Assembly (NCBI GenBank): GCA_963761695.1
Contig: CAVXIB010000016.1
Coordinates: 229,858-293,857 of the forward strand
Origin: an uncultured Actinomycetota bacterium
Lineage (GTDB): Bacteria; Actinomycetota; Actinomycetes; Mycobacteriales; SCTD01
Length of the DNA stretch: 64,000 bases
Direction: 5' to 3'
Positions 8,585 to 19,097 of the stretch are shown here, piece by piece. Under the pieces are notes generated by a model. That model searched no databases. It worked only from the letters and a program-made list of their open reading frames with translations, and was not told the origin of the DNA. Each line of letters starts with the position of its first letter. Position 1 is the stretch's first letter. Position numbers and translations under genes: made by a program.

Positions 8585-9699
8585 TGGAACCCTCCACACT
8601 GGCCGGACCGGATTCCTTGCCGCCATGCAGCAGGGCCTTGACGTCGAACGGCTTGCCCGACAACCAGTCGGTGTAGGGCTTGACCTGCTGGCCCAGCCCG
8701 CCGGGGTACTGCACGAGGGTCACCAGCAGGCCCGAGCGCACCGATGAACTGCGGCGCGAACTGCACGGCGGTGTCGCTGCGGAAGAAGAACTCCTCCACC
8801 ACCTTGACCGGCGTCTCCTTGAGCACGTAGTCGAGCGCCGCGAACAGGGTGCTGCCGAGGATGACGCCGAGCCGGTTGCCGAGACCCCCGACCACCGTCA
8901 TCAGCACGAAGGTCAGCGCCAGGAAGAACCCGAAGCCCGAACCGCTCACGATGCCGATGCGGTAGGCGAACAGGGCGCCGGCGACGCCGGCGAGCGCGCC
9001 CGACAGCGTGAACGCCAGGAGCTTGAACGCCGTGACGTTGACGCCGAACGCCTCGGCCACCCGCTCGTTCTCCTTCAGGGCCAGCAGGGCCCGACCGGCC
9101 TTGCTGCGCAGCAGACGGAAGTCGAGGTAGACGGCCGCGACGAGGAAGGCCAGGCAGAACAGGTAGAAGTGGCCGTCGTCGAACAGGAACTCCGGCCGGT
9201 CGGCCGGCTGCCCGGCGCCGCCGTTGGTGAACCTCGGGACCTCGAACAGGGAGCCCTCGAGGGTGAGGCCGAAGACCAGGGTGATCAGCGCGAGGTAGAG
9301 CCCGGTGATGCGCAGCGCGACCAGCCCGAGCACCAGGGCGAACAGCGCCGACACCGCGGCCGCGAGCACGAAGGTCGCGGCGAAGGGCACCCCCTGCACG
9401 GTGAGGGAGTAGGCCGCGGTGAACGCCCCGATGCCGACGAACCCCTGGTGACCCAGCGAGAGCTGCCCGGTGTAGCCGATGACGATGTTGAGCGAGAGCC
9501 CGACGATGGCGTAGATGCAGGCGTCGGCCGCGATGGCCGAGTACTGCTCGGTGCCGGGGATGTAGAACAGGATCCAGTAGGCCAGCAGGGCCAGGACCAG
9601 GACCCTGGGCAGCCACCGGACGGGCCCGAACTGCCGACCCGCCCTGACGGCGGGCTCGACCGGCGGCGCCGTCTCCGGACGGCTGGGGGCGATCGTCAT
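8571..9699 (-). pseudogene. livM: branched-chain amino acid ABC transporter permease LivM; frame break near 8735 as assembled
   Basis: ATG 9699 (MTIAPSRPE..IYAIVGLSLNIVIGYTGQLSLGHQGF..) in ORF 8440..10005. After ..FAPQFIGAL the track frame turns to junk. My translation of the adjacent frame gives LLVTLVQYPGGLGQQVKPYTDWLSGKPFDVKALLHGGKESGPASVEGSSVRA, with the stop at 8571-8573. The length of 1129 nt is not a multiple of 3. Confidence 0.85.
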
Positions 9700-10615
9700 C
9701 AGGTCTCCTTCCCGAGCAGACCGGCGGGCCGCACCAGCAGCACCGACAGCAGGGCGACGAACAGGACCACGCGACCGCTTCCCGGCAGGTTCTCCTTGGG
9801 GATGTTGGACTGCGCGAGCGCCTCGACGACGCCGATCACGACGCCGCCGAGGAACGCCCCCGGCAGGCTCGTGATGCCGCCGAAGACCGCGGCCGTGAAG
9901 GCCGGGATGAGCGCCAGACCGGTGAGGGAGCCGGGCGACAGGATGCCGACCGAGCCCGACAGCAGGATGCCGGCGATCGCGCCGAGCAGTCCGGCCAGCC
10001 CCCACGTGAAGGCCGACGTCCGGTTGACGCTGATGCCGACCAGGCTGGTGGCCGTCGGCTCCTGCGAGACCGCGATGATCGCCGTACCCATGCGGGTCCG
10101 GCTGAAGAACAGGGCCGACCCGACGGCCAGGGCCGCGAGCACGACGACGATCAGGCCCTGCTGCTTGGTGATCCTGATGGCGCCCTCGTTGACGAGGTCA
10201 CCGGCGAACAGCGGGGGGAACGTGCCGGGCTCGGCTCCGGCGAAGAAGCCCTGCACCGAGATCAGCAGCAGCGTCACGCCCGCGGTGGCGACGACGAGGG
10301 TCACCTTGGGCGCGCTGAACAGGGGTCGCACGACCAGCCGCTCGGTGAGCAGCCCGAGCCCGACGCCGGACAGCAGCCCGAGCAGGACCGCGATCCACAG
10401 CGGGAGCTTCGGCAGGAAGCCGGTGCCGTTGTAGGCGAACAGCGTGACGAACGCGGCGCTGGTGCCGAACTCCGCCTGGGCGAAGTTGAACACGCGGTTG
10501 CTCTTGTAGAGCAGCACCAGGCCCAGGCCCAGGAGGCCGTAGACGGCCCCCTGGATGGCCCCGCTGATCGCGGGCGCGACGAGGACGACTCGAAGGCAAG
10601 GACCTGATCGGTCAC
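9699..10615 (-). pseudogene. livH: branched-chain amino acid ABC transporter permease LivH; frame break near 10575-10590 as assembled
   Basis: The body is ORF 9699..10517 (..LLYKSNRVFNFAQAEFG..). The same frame extends upstream as ..VLVAPAISGAIQGAVYGLLGLGLV without a start codon. GTG 10615 (VTDQVLAFES..) is in another frame and overlaps the binding-protein stop (GTGA). The length of 917 nt is not a multiple of 3. Confidence 0.8.
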
Positions 10616-12159
10616 TTGTCGTACTGCTTGACCGTCTTGTACTGGCGCACCGAGCAGTCGGCCTTCAGGGCGAAGGCGGACTTGCCGCCGAAGCGGCTGC
10701 CGCCCTTGTAGACCGAGCCGGGGGCGATGCCGTCGGGGATCTCGGCCTTGGCGAGCGCCGCGATGAACTTCTCGCGGGTGAGCTTGCCCTGCACGAGGTT
10801 GAACGCCTTCTCGAGCCCTGCCATCGCGCCGTAGATCTGGAACTCGATGTCGTCGGAGAAGCGTGACGCCGGGCGCGCGCTTGGCGGCGTCGTTCAGTCC
10901 GGCGGACGGGTGCAGGAAGTAGCCCTTGTACTGACCGCCGGTGCCGCCGCAGGCCAGGTTCGCGACCGTGTTGATGCCGAACGACGGGCCGACGCCCGTG
11001 TAGGTCGGGCCGGCAGCCGACGGCGCTCGACGCACTGGGCGAAGAAGGCCGGCTGGCCCAGGAAGTAGATGGTCGTGTAGGCGCCACCGCGCAGCTGGGT
11101 GGCGAGCGCGGCGCAGTCCCGCGGCGCCTTGTCGGTGAGGAAGACGTCCTTGCCGGCGTCGAAGGAGGCGTTGGCGGACTTCAGCGCCGCGACGATCGAG
11201 TCCTTGGCGTCCTTGAAGTTCGGGCCCTCGGTGATGACCACGGCCCACTTGCCGCTCGAAGAAGCTTGTTGTCCTTCGCCATCTTGATGACGAGCGGACC
11301 CTGCTGCTTGTAGGTCAGCGAGGTGGCGAAGTAGTTGGGCAGCGCCCCGAGACCTGCCTCGGTCACCCCGGCGGACAGGTAGGGCACGTTCCCGCGGCGC
11401 AGGACCTGGCTCTGGGCGCAGGCCTGGATCTGGTCGGTGCCGGCGCCGCCGACGATGAGGAAGTACTCCTTCGCGGCGGCGTTGCAGGCGCGCAGCGCGT
11501 CGGGGGCGTTGTACTTGTCGTCGATCGCGACGGCGTCGACCGAGAAGCCGTTGGCGAGCTTGTGGTTCTTCCAGTACTTCGGCGTGCCGGTGCGGAACGA
11601 CTCCTGCGGAACGCCGGCGCCGGTCAGCGGCCCGTGCAGGGCGATCTTGACGACCTTGTTCTTGAAGTCGATCCCCGTGGTGGTGCCGTCATCGCCGGGT
11701 CCGGCCTCGGCGGTGGTGCCGCCGGTGCTCCGGTGCCCGCCGAGGTGCCCGTGCCCCCCGTCGGTGCCGGTGCTGCTGGTGCCGCCGCCGGACGTGCTGC
11801 CGCCGGAGGTGCCCGTGCTGCCGCCACTGCTGGAGCCGCCGCCGGACGTGCTGCCACCGGAGGTGGTGCCCGCCCGAGGTGCCGCCCCCGGCGTCCGTCC
11901 CGGTGGTGCCGCCGCCGACGACGCCGCCGCTCGTGGTCGCCGCCGCGTCGTGTCGCCCCCGAGACCGGCGTCTCGCCCGGTCACCTCGCCGCCGACTCCG
12001 GCGTCGGTGCCGCCGGTGACCCCGGAGGCGGTGCCGGACCGACGCCCTGGGAGAGCTGGTCCTTGACCTCGGGCTTGAGCCCGCAGGCGCTGGTCAGCAG
12101 GGCGCCGGACAGCAGGACGAGCGGCCAGCGTGCGGCCGGGCCGACGACGGGTGTGACAT
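10612..12159 (-). pseudogene. branched-chain amino acid ABC transporter substrate-binding lipoprotein (LivJ/K-like); at least 4 frame breaks as assembled
   Basis: Fragments lie in three frames. ATG 12159 comes after GGAG. Next is the lipoprotein signal ..WPLVLLSGALLTSACG in a shifted frame, followed by a Gly/Ser/Thr-rich linker. Then GIDFKNKVVKIALHGPLTGAGVP..EYFLIVGGAGTDQIQ.. (ORF 11181..11984), MVITEGPNFKDAKDSIVAALK..YFLGQPAFFAQC (10894..11241), and ..AFALKADCSVRQYKTVKQYDK with its stop at 10612. Confidence 0.75.
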
Positions 12160-12305
12160 GGGTGCGCTCCGGGCTGGGTCGGGGGGCGGTGCGGGGCTCC
12201 GCCGGGGGGCGGCGGGTCGAGCGGGGGTGCGGCGGAGGTCAGGACGGGGCGAGCGCCGCGGGCGGCGGCGCCGCGGCCGGCGCCGGCGCGCCTCGAGCGC
12301 CCGGG

Positions 12306-13382
12306 CTAGAGCCGGGACGTCGACGTCGCGGCGTGCGGCACCTCGCCGTCGCCGAGGACCAGCGAGACGAGGGCGAGCAGGGCGCCGAGCAGGCCGAGGC
12401 CGAGCCAGAAGCGGCGGCCGGGAGTGAGCGACTCTGCTCGCTGCGGCCGCGGTGCCGTGGCGCTGCCGGCCGGCGATCTCCGGGGCGCGGCCGCGGGCGC
12501 CGCCTCGACGAGCCCGGGGTCGGGCGTCGAGCGGGCGCGCGTCCAGCGGCGCCGGCGAGCGGGGCGTCGACGCCGCCGGAGGCGTCGACGGCCGCGGGAC
12601 GTCCGCGCCGGCGCCGAAGCCGCCGGCGAGGTCGGTGGTGCCCGCTGCCGCCGGCGGCGGGGGGGCGGCGGGCCGCCGTCGGCGGCCGCCGCGTCGGGGG
12701 CGAGCCGCGGCGGCCTCCGCCGGCCGGGGCGGTGACGTCGTAGCTGAGGCGTGGCCTGGTCGGCGGCTGGAAGACGACCTGGAAGGCGGTGGTGTCGGCG
12801 CCCTCGGCGACGGTGAGCGGCGAGGCCGTCGTTCTCCTCGGTCCAGAGCTTCGGCGAGCTCCGTGACGTCGAAGACGTAGGACTTCGCGTCGGGCGAGGC
12901 CTTGCCCGGGCGCGCTGAAGACGTCGCACAGGCGGGCGCGGGGCGACCGCCAGGGAGGCGCCGTCCTCGCCGCCGAAGCCGGCGTCGTCGATGGCGCAGG
13001 CCCGCACCTTCTCCGGCGCCGCCGCGGCGGAGACGTTGCCGCTGCCCTCGGCGAGCGGGACCGTGAGCGTGGCGCTGCTGACCGTGGCGCCCGGCTCGAG
13101 GGCGTCGCCGGGGAAGAGCAGGAAGGAGCACCTTCTGCTCCTCGCCGCTGCCACCCGACACCGGCGAGGTTCCCGGCCTCGACGCCGTCGACGGAGGTCC
13201 CGACGTTCGCGGGGCGTGCCCGCGGGGGTGCCGGTGTCCTGCGGTCCGACCAGCGAGAAGTAGCCGGCCGAGCTGGCGGCCTCGTCGACGACGGCAGCCT
13301 GGGCGGGGGCGACACCGATCAGCGGCACCGCGGCTCCGGCCAGCACCAGGGCGCACACGGGTCTCGTCGTCCTGCGGCTCAC
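12306..13382 (-). pseudogene. secreted, C-terminally membrane-anchored hypothetical protein; compensating frame breaks as assembled
   Basis: GTG 13382 follows GGAGGA. The signal peptide is VSRRTTRPVCALVLAGAAVPLIGVAPAQA and the C-terminal anchor is FWLGLGLLGALLALVSLVLG. The credible middle pieces sit in the other two frames (FLLFPGDALEPGATVSSATLTVPLAEGSG.., KSYVFDVTELAEAL, SPLTVAEGADTTAFQVVFQPPTRPRLSYDV). Confidence 0.55.
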
Positions 13383-13578
13383 GGGGGTTCCTCCTGCGGT
13401 GCGGGTCAGCGGCGTCGTTGCGCGCTGGTCGTTCGGTGGGCCGGTCGGCCCGGTTCTGGCACACACTTCGTCGTCGCTTCGGGCAAGTCCTGCCCGCCAC
13501 CCGGGTGAGTGTGACGCCCTAGTGTGACTGCCCGCACGCCGATCGTCCACGTCCTCTACTGATCGGTAACATCACATC

Positions 13579-14040
13579 GTGGTCTACAGCGGCGCGTACG
13601 CCCTGCTCCTGGTCCTGCACCTGCTGACGGTGGTCTTCCTGGTGGGCCCGGCGGCGCTGGCCGCGACCGGCAGCCCGCGCCTGGTGCGCGCCGGTCGCGG
13701 CGAGGCGCTGCGGGACGCCGCCCGGACCACGCGGGTCTACACGCTGGCCACGGTGCCACCGTGGTCCTCGGCACGGTCGCTCGTCGGCATCTCCGGCGAC
13801 GGGACGCCGCAGTGGTCGATGGGCGCCCCGTGGGTGTCGGCGTCGTACGTGCTGTGGCTGGTCGCGGTCGTGCTCACGCTCGTCGTCGTCGTGCCGGCGC
13901 AGGAGGCGGCGGCGGAGGCGCTCGAGGCGGCGTGCGGACGCGGTCGTCGCAGGCGCGGCGGATCACCGTCGGCGGCCTGCGCCGCGACCTTCTGCTGGAT
14001 CGCGATCGTCGTGCTGATGGTGGACAAGCCCGGCAGCTAG
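13579..14040 (+). CDS. integral membrane protein, unknown function (possible internal compensating frame breaks)
   Basis: 153-aa ORF with hydrophobic segments YALLLVLHLLTVVFLVGPAALA, YVLWLVAVVLTLVVVV and FCWIAIVVLMV. Two short internal stretches look out of frame (PPWSSARS, CGRGRRRRGGSPSAAC). Confidence 0.5.
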   Translation: MVYSGAYALLLVLHLLTVVFLVGPAALAATGSPRLVRAGRGEALRDAARTTRVYTLATVPPWSSARSLVGISGDGTPQWSMGAPWVSASYVLWLVAVVLTLVVVVPAQEAAAEALEAACGRGRRRRGGSPSAACAATFCWIAIVVLMVDKPGS

Positions 14041-14055
14041 CCGTCCGGGGCGCGC

Positions 14056-15087
14056 TCAGGCCGGCGGGTCGGCCAGCGTCCAGCCGCGCACCGGGTCGCC
14101 CGCGGTCTGGGGCGTCTGCCGGCCGTGCGGTCGCTGCAGCAGCGTGATGCGCTGCGCGTAGTAGGTGGCAGTAGCGCAGGGCCTCGCCGATCGTGGTGCG
14201 GCCGTCGGCGTCGGCGTCGGCCTGGCCCTGCCGCGGTGCCGAGGTCGAACAGCAGGCCGGTCCACACCGACATGCCCCAGTCGGGGTACTCGTAGGACTT
14301 CTCGCTGCCCTTGCTGCTGGCGCTGACCAGCACGCGGTCGCTCGGCAGCCCGGGCAGGAAGCTGCCCGCCTCGCAGCCGGCGACGTCGACCCACAGGCGG
14401 CCGCGCCGCGGCCGAGCAGCCGCGCGTCACCTCGGTGTCGCGGACGAAGTCGCGGTCGACCGGCCACAGCGCCTCGGTGCCGCCGCCGAACTGCTTGACG
14501 TGCCCGGAGTAGTGGAACAGCGCGAAGGTGCCGGGCACGCTCTTGCCGGCGAGCCAGCGCATGCCCGTCGCGGACGGCGGCGCCGGTGGCCTGCTCGTCG
14601 ACGACGACCCGGATGTTCTGCCGGCAGCCAGCCGGCGTCGAGCAGCGACTGCCGGATGAACGGCGACGTCCTTGCGGCTGCCGATGGTGTCCTTGCGTCG
14701 GCCGCCGGTAGTCCTGCACGCCGACGAGGAAGGCGTAGCGGTCGGCGGGAGCCGCGGTGCGGGCCGGGCCGGACGTCGGCCTGCGGCCCGGGCGGCGGGC
14801 CGAGCGGGTCGCTCGCCGGCTCGACCGCGAGCGCGGGCCGGCGGGCGACGCGCCGGTGCGCGGCCGGGCGCGGCGGCGGCCGCGGCGGGCGGCGGCGACG
14901 GCGACGGCGGACGGCGGGCGGCGCCGGCCGCCTGCCACGACGGGCACGACGTCCTCGGCCGCCGCCGGACGCGGCTCGTGCACCGCGCCGGCCGCCACGA
15001 GCCCGCCGAGCGAGCACGACGGCGGCCGCCCAGGCGACGGCCTCGACGGGTCAGGCGGCGGCGGGTCACCCGCAGAAGGGTCGGCAC
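14056..15087 (-). pseudogene. caspase-like (peptidase C14 family) protein; several frame breaks, N-terminus uncertain
   Basis: Pieces across three frames: DRYAFLVGVQDYRRPT.., IRQSLLDAGWLP, VPGTFALFHYSGHVKQFGG (catalytic His context), RLWVDVAGCEAGSFLPGLPSDRVLVSASSKGSEKSYEYPDWGMSVWTGLLFDLG (catalytic Cys context, hand translated), then ..GDPVRGWTLADPPA with the stop at 14056. Confidence 0.6.
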
Positions 15088-15102
15088 CGGCGCGGCCGCG
15101 GG

Positions 15103-16364
15103 TCAAGCCGGACGCGGCGGATCACGAGCGCGGTCCAGCGCCTGCGGTCGAGGTCGGCCAGCAGGTCCGTCGCCGACTCGATGCCCACCGACAGCCGCAC
15201 CAGGTCGGACGGCACCTCGAGCTGCGACCCGGCGACCGAGGCGTGGGTCATCCGGCCCGGGTGCTCGATCAGCGACTCGACGCCGCCGAGCGACTCGCCG
15301 AGGGTGAAGACCTGCGTGGCCTTGCAGACGTCGAGGGCGGCCTGCTCCCCGCCGGCCAGGCGGAAGCTGACCATGCCGCCGAACTGCGCACATCTGCTTG
15401 GCGGCGACCTCGTGCCCGGGGTGGCTCCGGCAGGCCCGGGTAGAGCACGGAGGCGACGGCCGGGTGACCGAGCAGCAGGTCGACCACCCTGCGCGGCGTT
15501 CTCGCTGTGCCGGTCCATCCGGACGCCGAGGGTCTTCGCGCCGCGCAGGACCAGCCAGGAGTCGAACGCTCCGGCCACGCCGCCCAGCGCGTTCTGGTGG
15601 TAGGCCAGCTCCTCCCCCAGCGCGGCGTCGGCCGCGACGAGGGCGCCGCCGACGACGTCGCTGTGCCCGCCGAGGTACTTGGTCGTCGAGTGCACGACGA
15701 CGTCGGCGCCGAGGGCCAGCGGCTGCTGCAGGTAGGGGCTGGCGAAGGTGTTGTCGACGACCAGCCGCGCGCCCGCCGGCGTGGGCGACCTCGGCGAGCC
15801 CGGCGATGTCGGACACCGACAGCAGCGGGTTGGTCGGGGTCTCGCACCAGACCAGCGACGGTCTCGGGGCGCATCGCCGCGCGCACCGCGCCGAGGTCGC
15901 CGAGCGGCACCGGGGTGTGCTCGACCCCCCAGCGCTCGCAGCACCTGGGCGAACAGCCGGTAGGTGCCGCCGTAGGCGTCGTCCGGGATGACGACGTGCG
16001 CGCCCGGCCGGGCCACGGTCCGCAGCAGGCAGTCCTCGGCGGCCAGGCCGCTGGCGAACGCCAGACCGGTGCGGCCGCCCTCGAGGGCGGCCAGGCAGGT
16101 CTCCAGGGCCGTCCGGGTGGGGTTGCCCGAGCGGCTGTACTCGTAGCCCCTGTGCTGACCCACCTCCTGCTGCACGTAGGTGGAGGTCTGGTAGATCGGC
16201 ACGACGACGGCGCCCGTGGTCGGGTCGGGGTCCTGCCCGGCGTGGATGGCCCGGGTCTCGAACCCGACGCCGTCCCGGCTCCACCGGTCGGCTCCGCCGT
16301 GCACCTCGGAGCCGAAGTCGCGGCTGCCCGCCTCGCGGACGTGGTCGGCATGCTGCTCGGTCAT
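15103..16364 (-). pseudogene. metB: cystathionine gamma-synthase/gamma-lyase (Cys/Met-metabolism PLP enzyme); several frame breaks
   Basis: ORF 15066..16364 gives ..GFETRAIHAGQDPDPTTGAVVVPIYQTSTY..YEYSRSGNPTRTALE..VVHSTTKYLGGHSDVVGG..ESLGGVESLIEHPGRMTHAS.. The middle section (WGVEHTPVPLGDLGAVRAAMRPET, LVWCETPTNPLLSVSDIAGLAEVAH) is in the other two frames. The exact stop is ambiguous (15066 or 15103). Confidence 0.8.
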
Positions 16365-16374
16365 GGCCGCCAGG

Positions 16375-16884
16375 CTAGGCCGCCGTGGCCCGGAGCAGGG
16401 CGTCGAGCAGGTCTGCGGGACGGCGGGCCGCCACCGTGCGGTGGGTGCCGTCGCGCAGCATCAGCACCACGGGCGTCGCCCCCCCGGGGACGCCGTAGGC
16501 GCCGCCGAGCAGCGGAGCGGAGCTCACCCCGGGGAGCAGCCCGGGCGACACCTCGGCCGACTGGGGCCAGCGGGCCGCGGTGCCCGGGTGGACGCGGACC
16601 TGGCCCAGCAGCCAGGTGCGGTCGAGGTCGGCCACCGGGAGCCGGTCGCGCCCCACCCGGAGCACGTCCCCGGAGAGCCGGATCCGGCCGTACCGCTCCA
16701 TGGAGAACAGGGTCAGCAGGGCGATGCCCCCCAGCAGCACCGACAGCAGCACGCCGAGGGCCACCCCGTCCAGGAACGACCCGACGCCGAACAGGCCGAA
16801 CCCCAGCGTCGCCACCACGCAGGCCGCCAGCACGACCGGCCGGGCCTTCGGCGAGGTGGCCCGCTCCTCGTACGTCACCGCCAC
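16375..16884 (-). CDS. small membrane protein between cbs and metB, unknown function
   Basis: This is the C-terminal part of ORF 16375..18264. GTG 16884 (or 16878) lies just after the cbs stop. Sequence: VAVTYEERATSPKARPVVLAACVVATLGFGLFGVGSFLDGVALGVLLSVLLGGIALLTLF.., with two TM helices. Confidence 0.55.
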   Translation of the reverse strand: MAVTYEERATSPKARPVVLAACVVATLGFGLFGVGSFLDGVALGVLLSVLLGGIALLTLFSMERYGRIRLSGDVLRVGRDRLPVADLDRTWLLGQVRVHPGTAARWPQSAEVSPGLLPGVSSAPLLGGAYGVPGGATPVVLMLRDGTHRTVAARRPADLLDALLRATAA

Positions 16885-16892
16885 GTCGCTGC

Positions 16893-18264
16893 TCAGACGG
16901 TCAGGAAGGCCAGGACGTCCTGGCGGGTCAGCACCCCGACAGGTCGGCCGTCGGACACGACGACGGCGGCGTCGGCCTTCTCCAGGGCGGTCATCGCCGC
17001 CTGGACGGACTCCCCCGCCCCCACCATCGGCAGGGGCGCCCCCATGTGGTCGGCCAGCCGGTCGTGCAGCTGGGCCCGACCGGTGAACAGGGCGTCGAGC
17101 AGGTCGCGGTCGTGGACGGCTCCCACGATCTCGGCGGTCATCACCGGAGGCTCGGCCCGCACCACGGGCATCTGCGAGACGCCGTACTCGCGCAGGATGT
17201 CGATCGCCTCGCGGACCGTCTCGGTGGGGTGGGTGTGCACGAACTCGGGCAGCGGTCCGGACGTGCCCTTGCCGGCCAGCACGTCGCCGACCGTCTGGCC
17301 GCCCTCGGCCTGCAGGAAGCCGTAGTCGGCCATCCACTCGTCGTTGAAGATCTTGGTCAGGTAGCCCTTGCCGGAGTCGGGCAGCAGGACGACGACGACG
17401 TCGTCGGGGCCGGCCTCGGCCGCCACCTGCAGCGCCGCGACGACGGCCATGCCGCACGAGCCCCCGACCAGCAGGCCCTCCTCGCGGGCCATCCGGCGGG
17501 TCATCGCGAAGGAGTCGCGGTCGCTGATGGCGATCACCCGGTCGGGGACGCTCGCGTCGTAGGTGGTCGGCCAGAAGTCCTCGCCGACGCCCTCGACCAG
17601 GTAGGGCCGGCCGTCGCCGCCGGAGTAGACCGAGCCGACCGGGTCGGCGCCGATCACCTGGACCCGGCCGCCGCTGACCTCCTTCAGGTAGCGCCCGACG
17701 CCGCCGATCGTGCCGCCGGTGCCCATGCCCGCGACGAAGTGCGTGACCCGCCCCTCGGTCTGCGCCCAGATCTCCGGGACCGGTGGTCGCGTAGTGGGCG
17801 GCCGGGTTCGCGGGGTTGGAGTACTGGTCGGGCTTCCAGGCGCCCGGGATCTCGCGGGCCAGCCGGTCGCTCACGCTGTAGTAGCTGCGCGGGTCCTCCG
17901 GGTCGACCGCCGTCGGGCAGACCTCGACCCGGGCGCCGTAGGCACGCAGCACGTCGATCTTGTCGCGGGCCACCTTGTCGGGGCAGACGAACACGCACGA
18001 GTACCCACGGCGCTGCGCCGCGATGGCGAGCCCGACGCCGGTGTTGCCCGACGTCGGCTCGACGATCGTGCCGCCGGGCTGGAGCGCCCCGGAGGCCTCG
18101 GCCGCCTCGATCATGGCCAGGGCGATCCGGTCCTTGACCGAGCCGCCCGGGTTGAAGTACTCGACCTTGGCGATGACCTGCGCGGGGAGGCCTGCGGCCA
18201 CCGTGCCGAGCCGGACCAGGGGGGTGTTGCCGACGAGTTCGATGACGCTGTCGTGGACCTGCAC
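16893..18264 (-). pseudogene. cbs: cystathionine beta-synthase (PLP domain plus CBS pair); one frame break near 17770
   Basis: The N-part starts at GTG 18264 (MQVHDSVIELVGNTPLVRL..KVEYFNPGGSVKDRIAL..EPTSGNTGVGLA..SNPANPAAHYATTGP). The C-part is ORF 16893..17726 (MGTGGTIGGVGRYLKE..LLVGGSCGMAV.. then two CBS motifs). Confidence 0.85.
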
Positions 18265-18385
18265 CGGAGGCCTTCCTCGAGGAGGCGGTCACCCTACGGC
18301 GACTAGGGTCGCCTCGGTCCTCGTCCACAGGGTACGACCCGCCGTAGCCCCGCGGCGCGGGCCGGCCGCGACAGGAAGGGATCCC

Positions 18386-19097
18386 GTGGCAGCGGTGCAG
18401 GTCGCCGACGGCGTCTGGCGCATCCCGACGGCCCCCGCCGACTTCATCAACTCCTACCTGCTCGCAGGGCGACGACGGCACGCTGGTCGCTCGTCGACGC
18501 CGGCACCCGCTCGGCCCCGAAGGCCCTGCTCGCCGCGCTCGCCGAGCTCGGCCGCGCGCCCGGCGACGTGACGCACCTGCTGCTGAGCCACGCGCACAAC
18601 GACCACGCCGGCGGAGCCCGGGCGATCGTCGACGCGACCGGCAGCCGGGTGGCCACACACGAGCGCGAAGCCGTCTACGTCCGTGAGGGACGCATGCCCG
18701 CCACCGACCCGTCCACCCGCGGCGGCCGGCTGATGGCCCGCCTGCCCGGATCGCTGACCGGCTTCGCACGGGTCGACGTCGACCACGAGTTCACCGACGG
18801 CGAGGTCCTGCCGCTCGGCGGCGGCATCCGGGTCGTCCACACCCCCGGGCACACGCCCGGCCACTGCTCGTTCCTGCACGCCGCAGCGGCGTGCTGCATC
18901 ACCGGCGACGCCGTCTTCAACGTCCGCGGCCTGCGCTACTCGTTCCGGAGCAGCTGCACCGACGTCACCCTCTCGCGGGCCTCGGCGCCCGGCTCGGCGA
19001 GCTCGACTTCGAGGTCGCCGGGTTCACCCACGGCGCGCACGTCTCGACCGGTGCCCAGGCGGCCGTCCGGGCGTTCCTGGCCGGGCGGCCCTCGTGA
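18386..19097 (+). pseudogene. MBL-fold metallo-hydrolase; 2-3 frame breaks
   Basis: GTG 18386 follows AGGAAGGG (VAAVQVADGVWRIPTAPADFINSYLL). The next piece, THLLLSHAHNDHAGGA..IRVVHTPGHTPGHCSFL, is in ORF 18568..20091, and the C-terminus ..LDFEVAGFTHGAHVSTGAQAAVRAFLAGRPS is in ORF 18891..19097. Confidence 0.75.

Noticed and set aside
11690-11900. Gly/Ser/Thr-rich repetitive coding stretch in the liv binding-protein gene as a separate repeat element
   Set aside because: It lies directly after the lipobox and is best read as a flexible lipoprotein linker. The repetition is compositional (GGT/GCC-type codons) rather than a defined tandem unit.
13508-13528. Direct repeat AGTGTGAC x2 (13-bp period) upstream of the 13579 membrane protein
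   Set aside because: It is only 8 bp and there is no supporting symmetry or neighbouring regulator. It could equally be promoter -35/-10-like sequence or chance.
18265-18385. Riboswitch (for example SAM-type) or operator in the cbs / MBL divergent spacer; small inverted repeat CCCTA..TAGGG at about 18290-18310
   Set aside because: I could not recognise any riboswitch consensus by eye. The spacer is only 121 bp and shared by two promoters, and the inverted repeat is only 5-6 bp. A covariance-model scan (Rfam/Infernal) would be needed to settle this.
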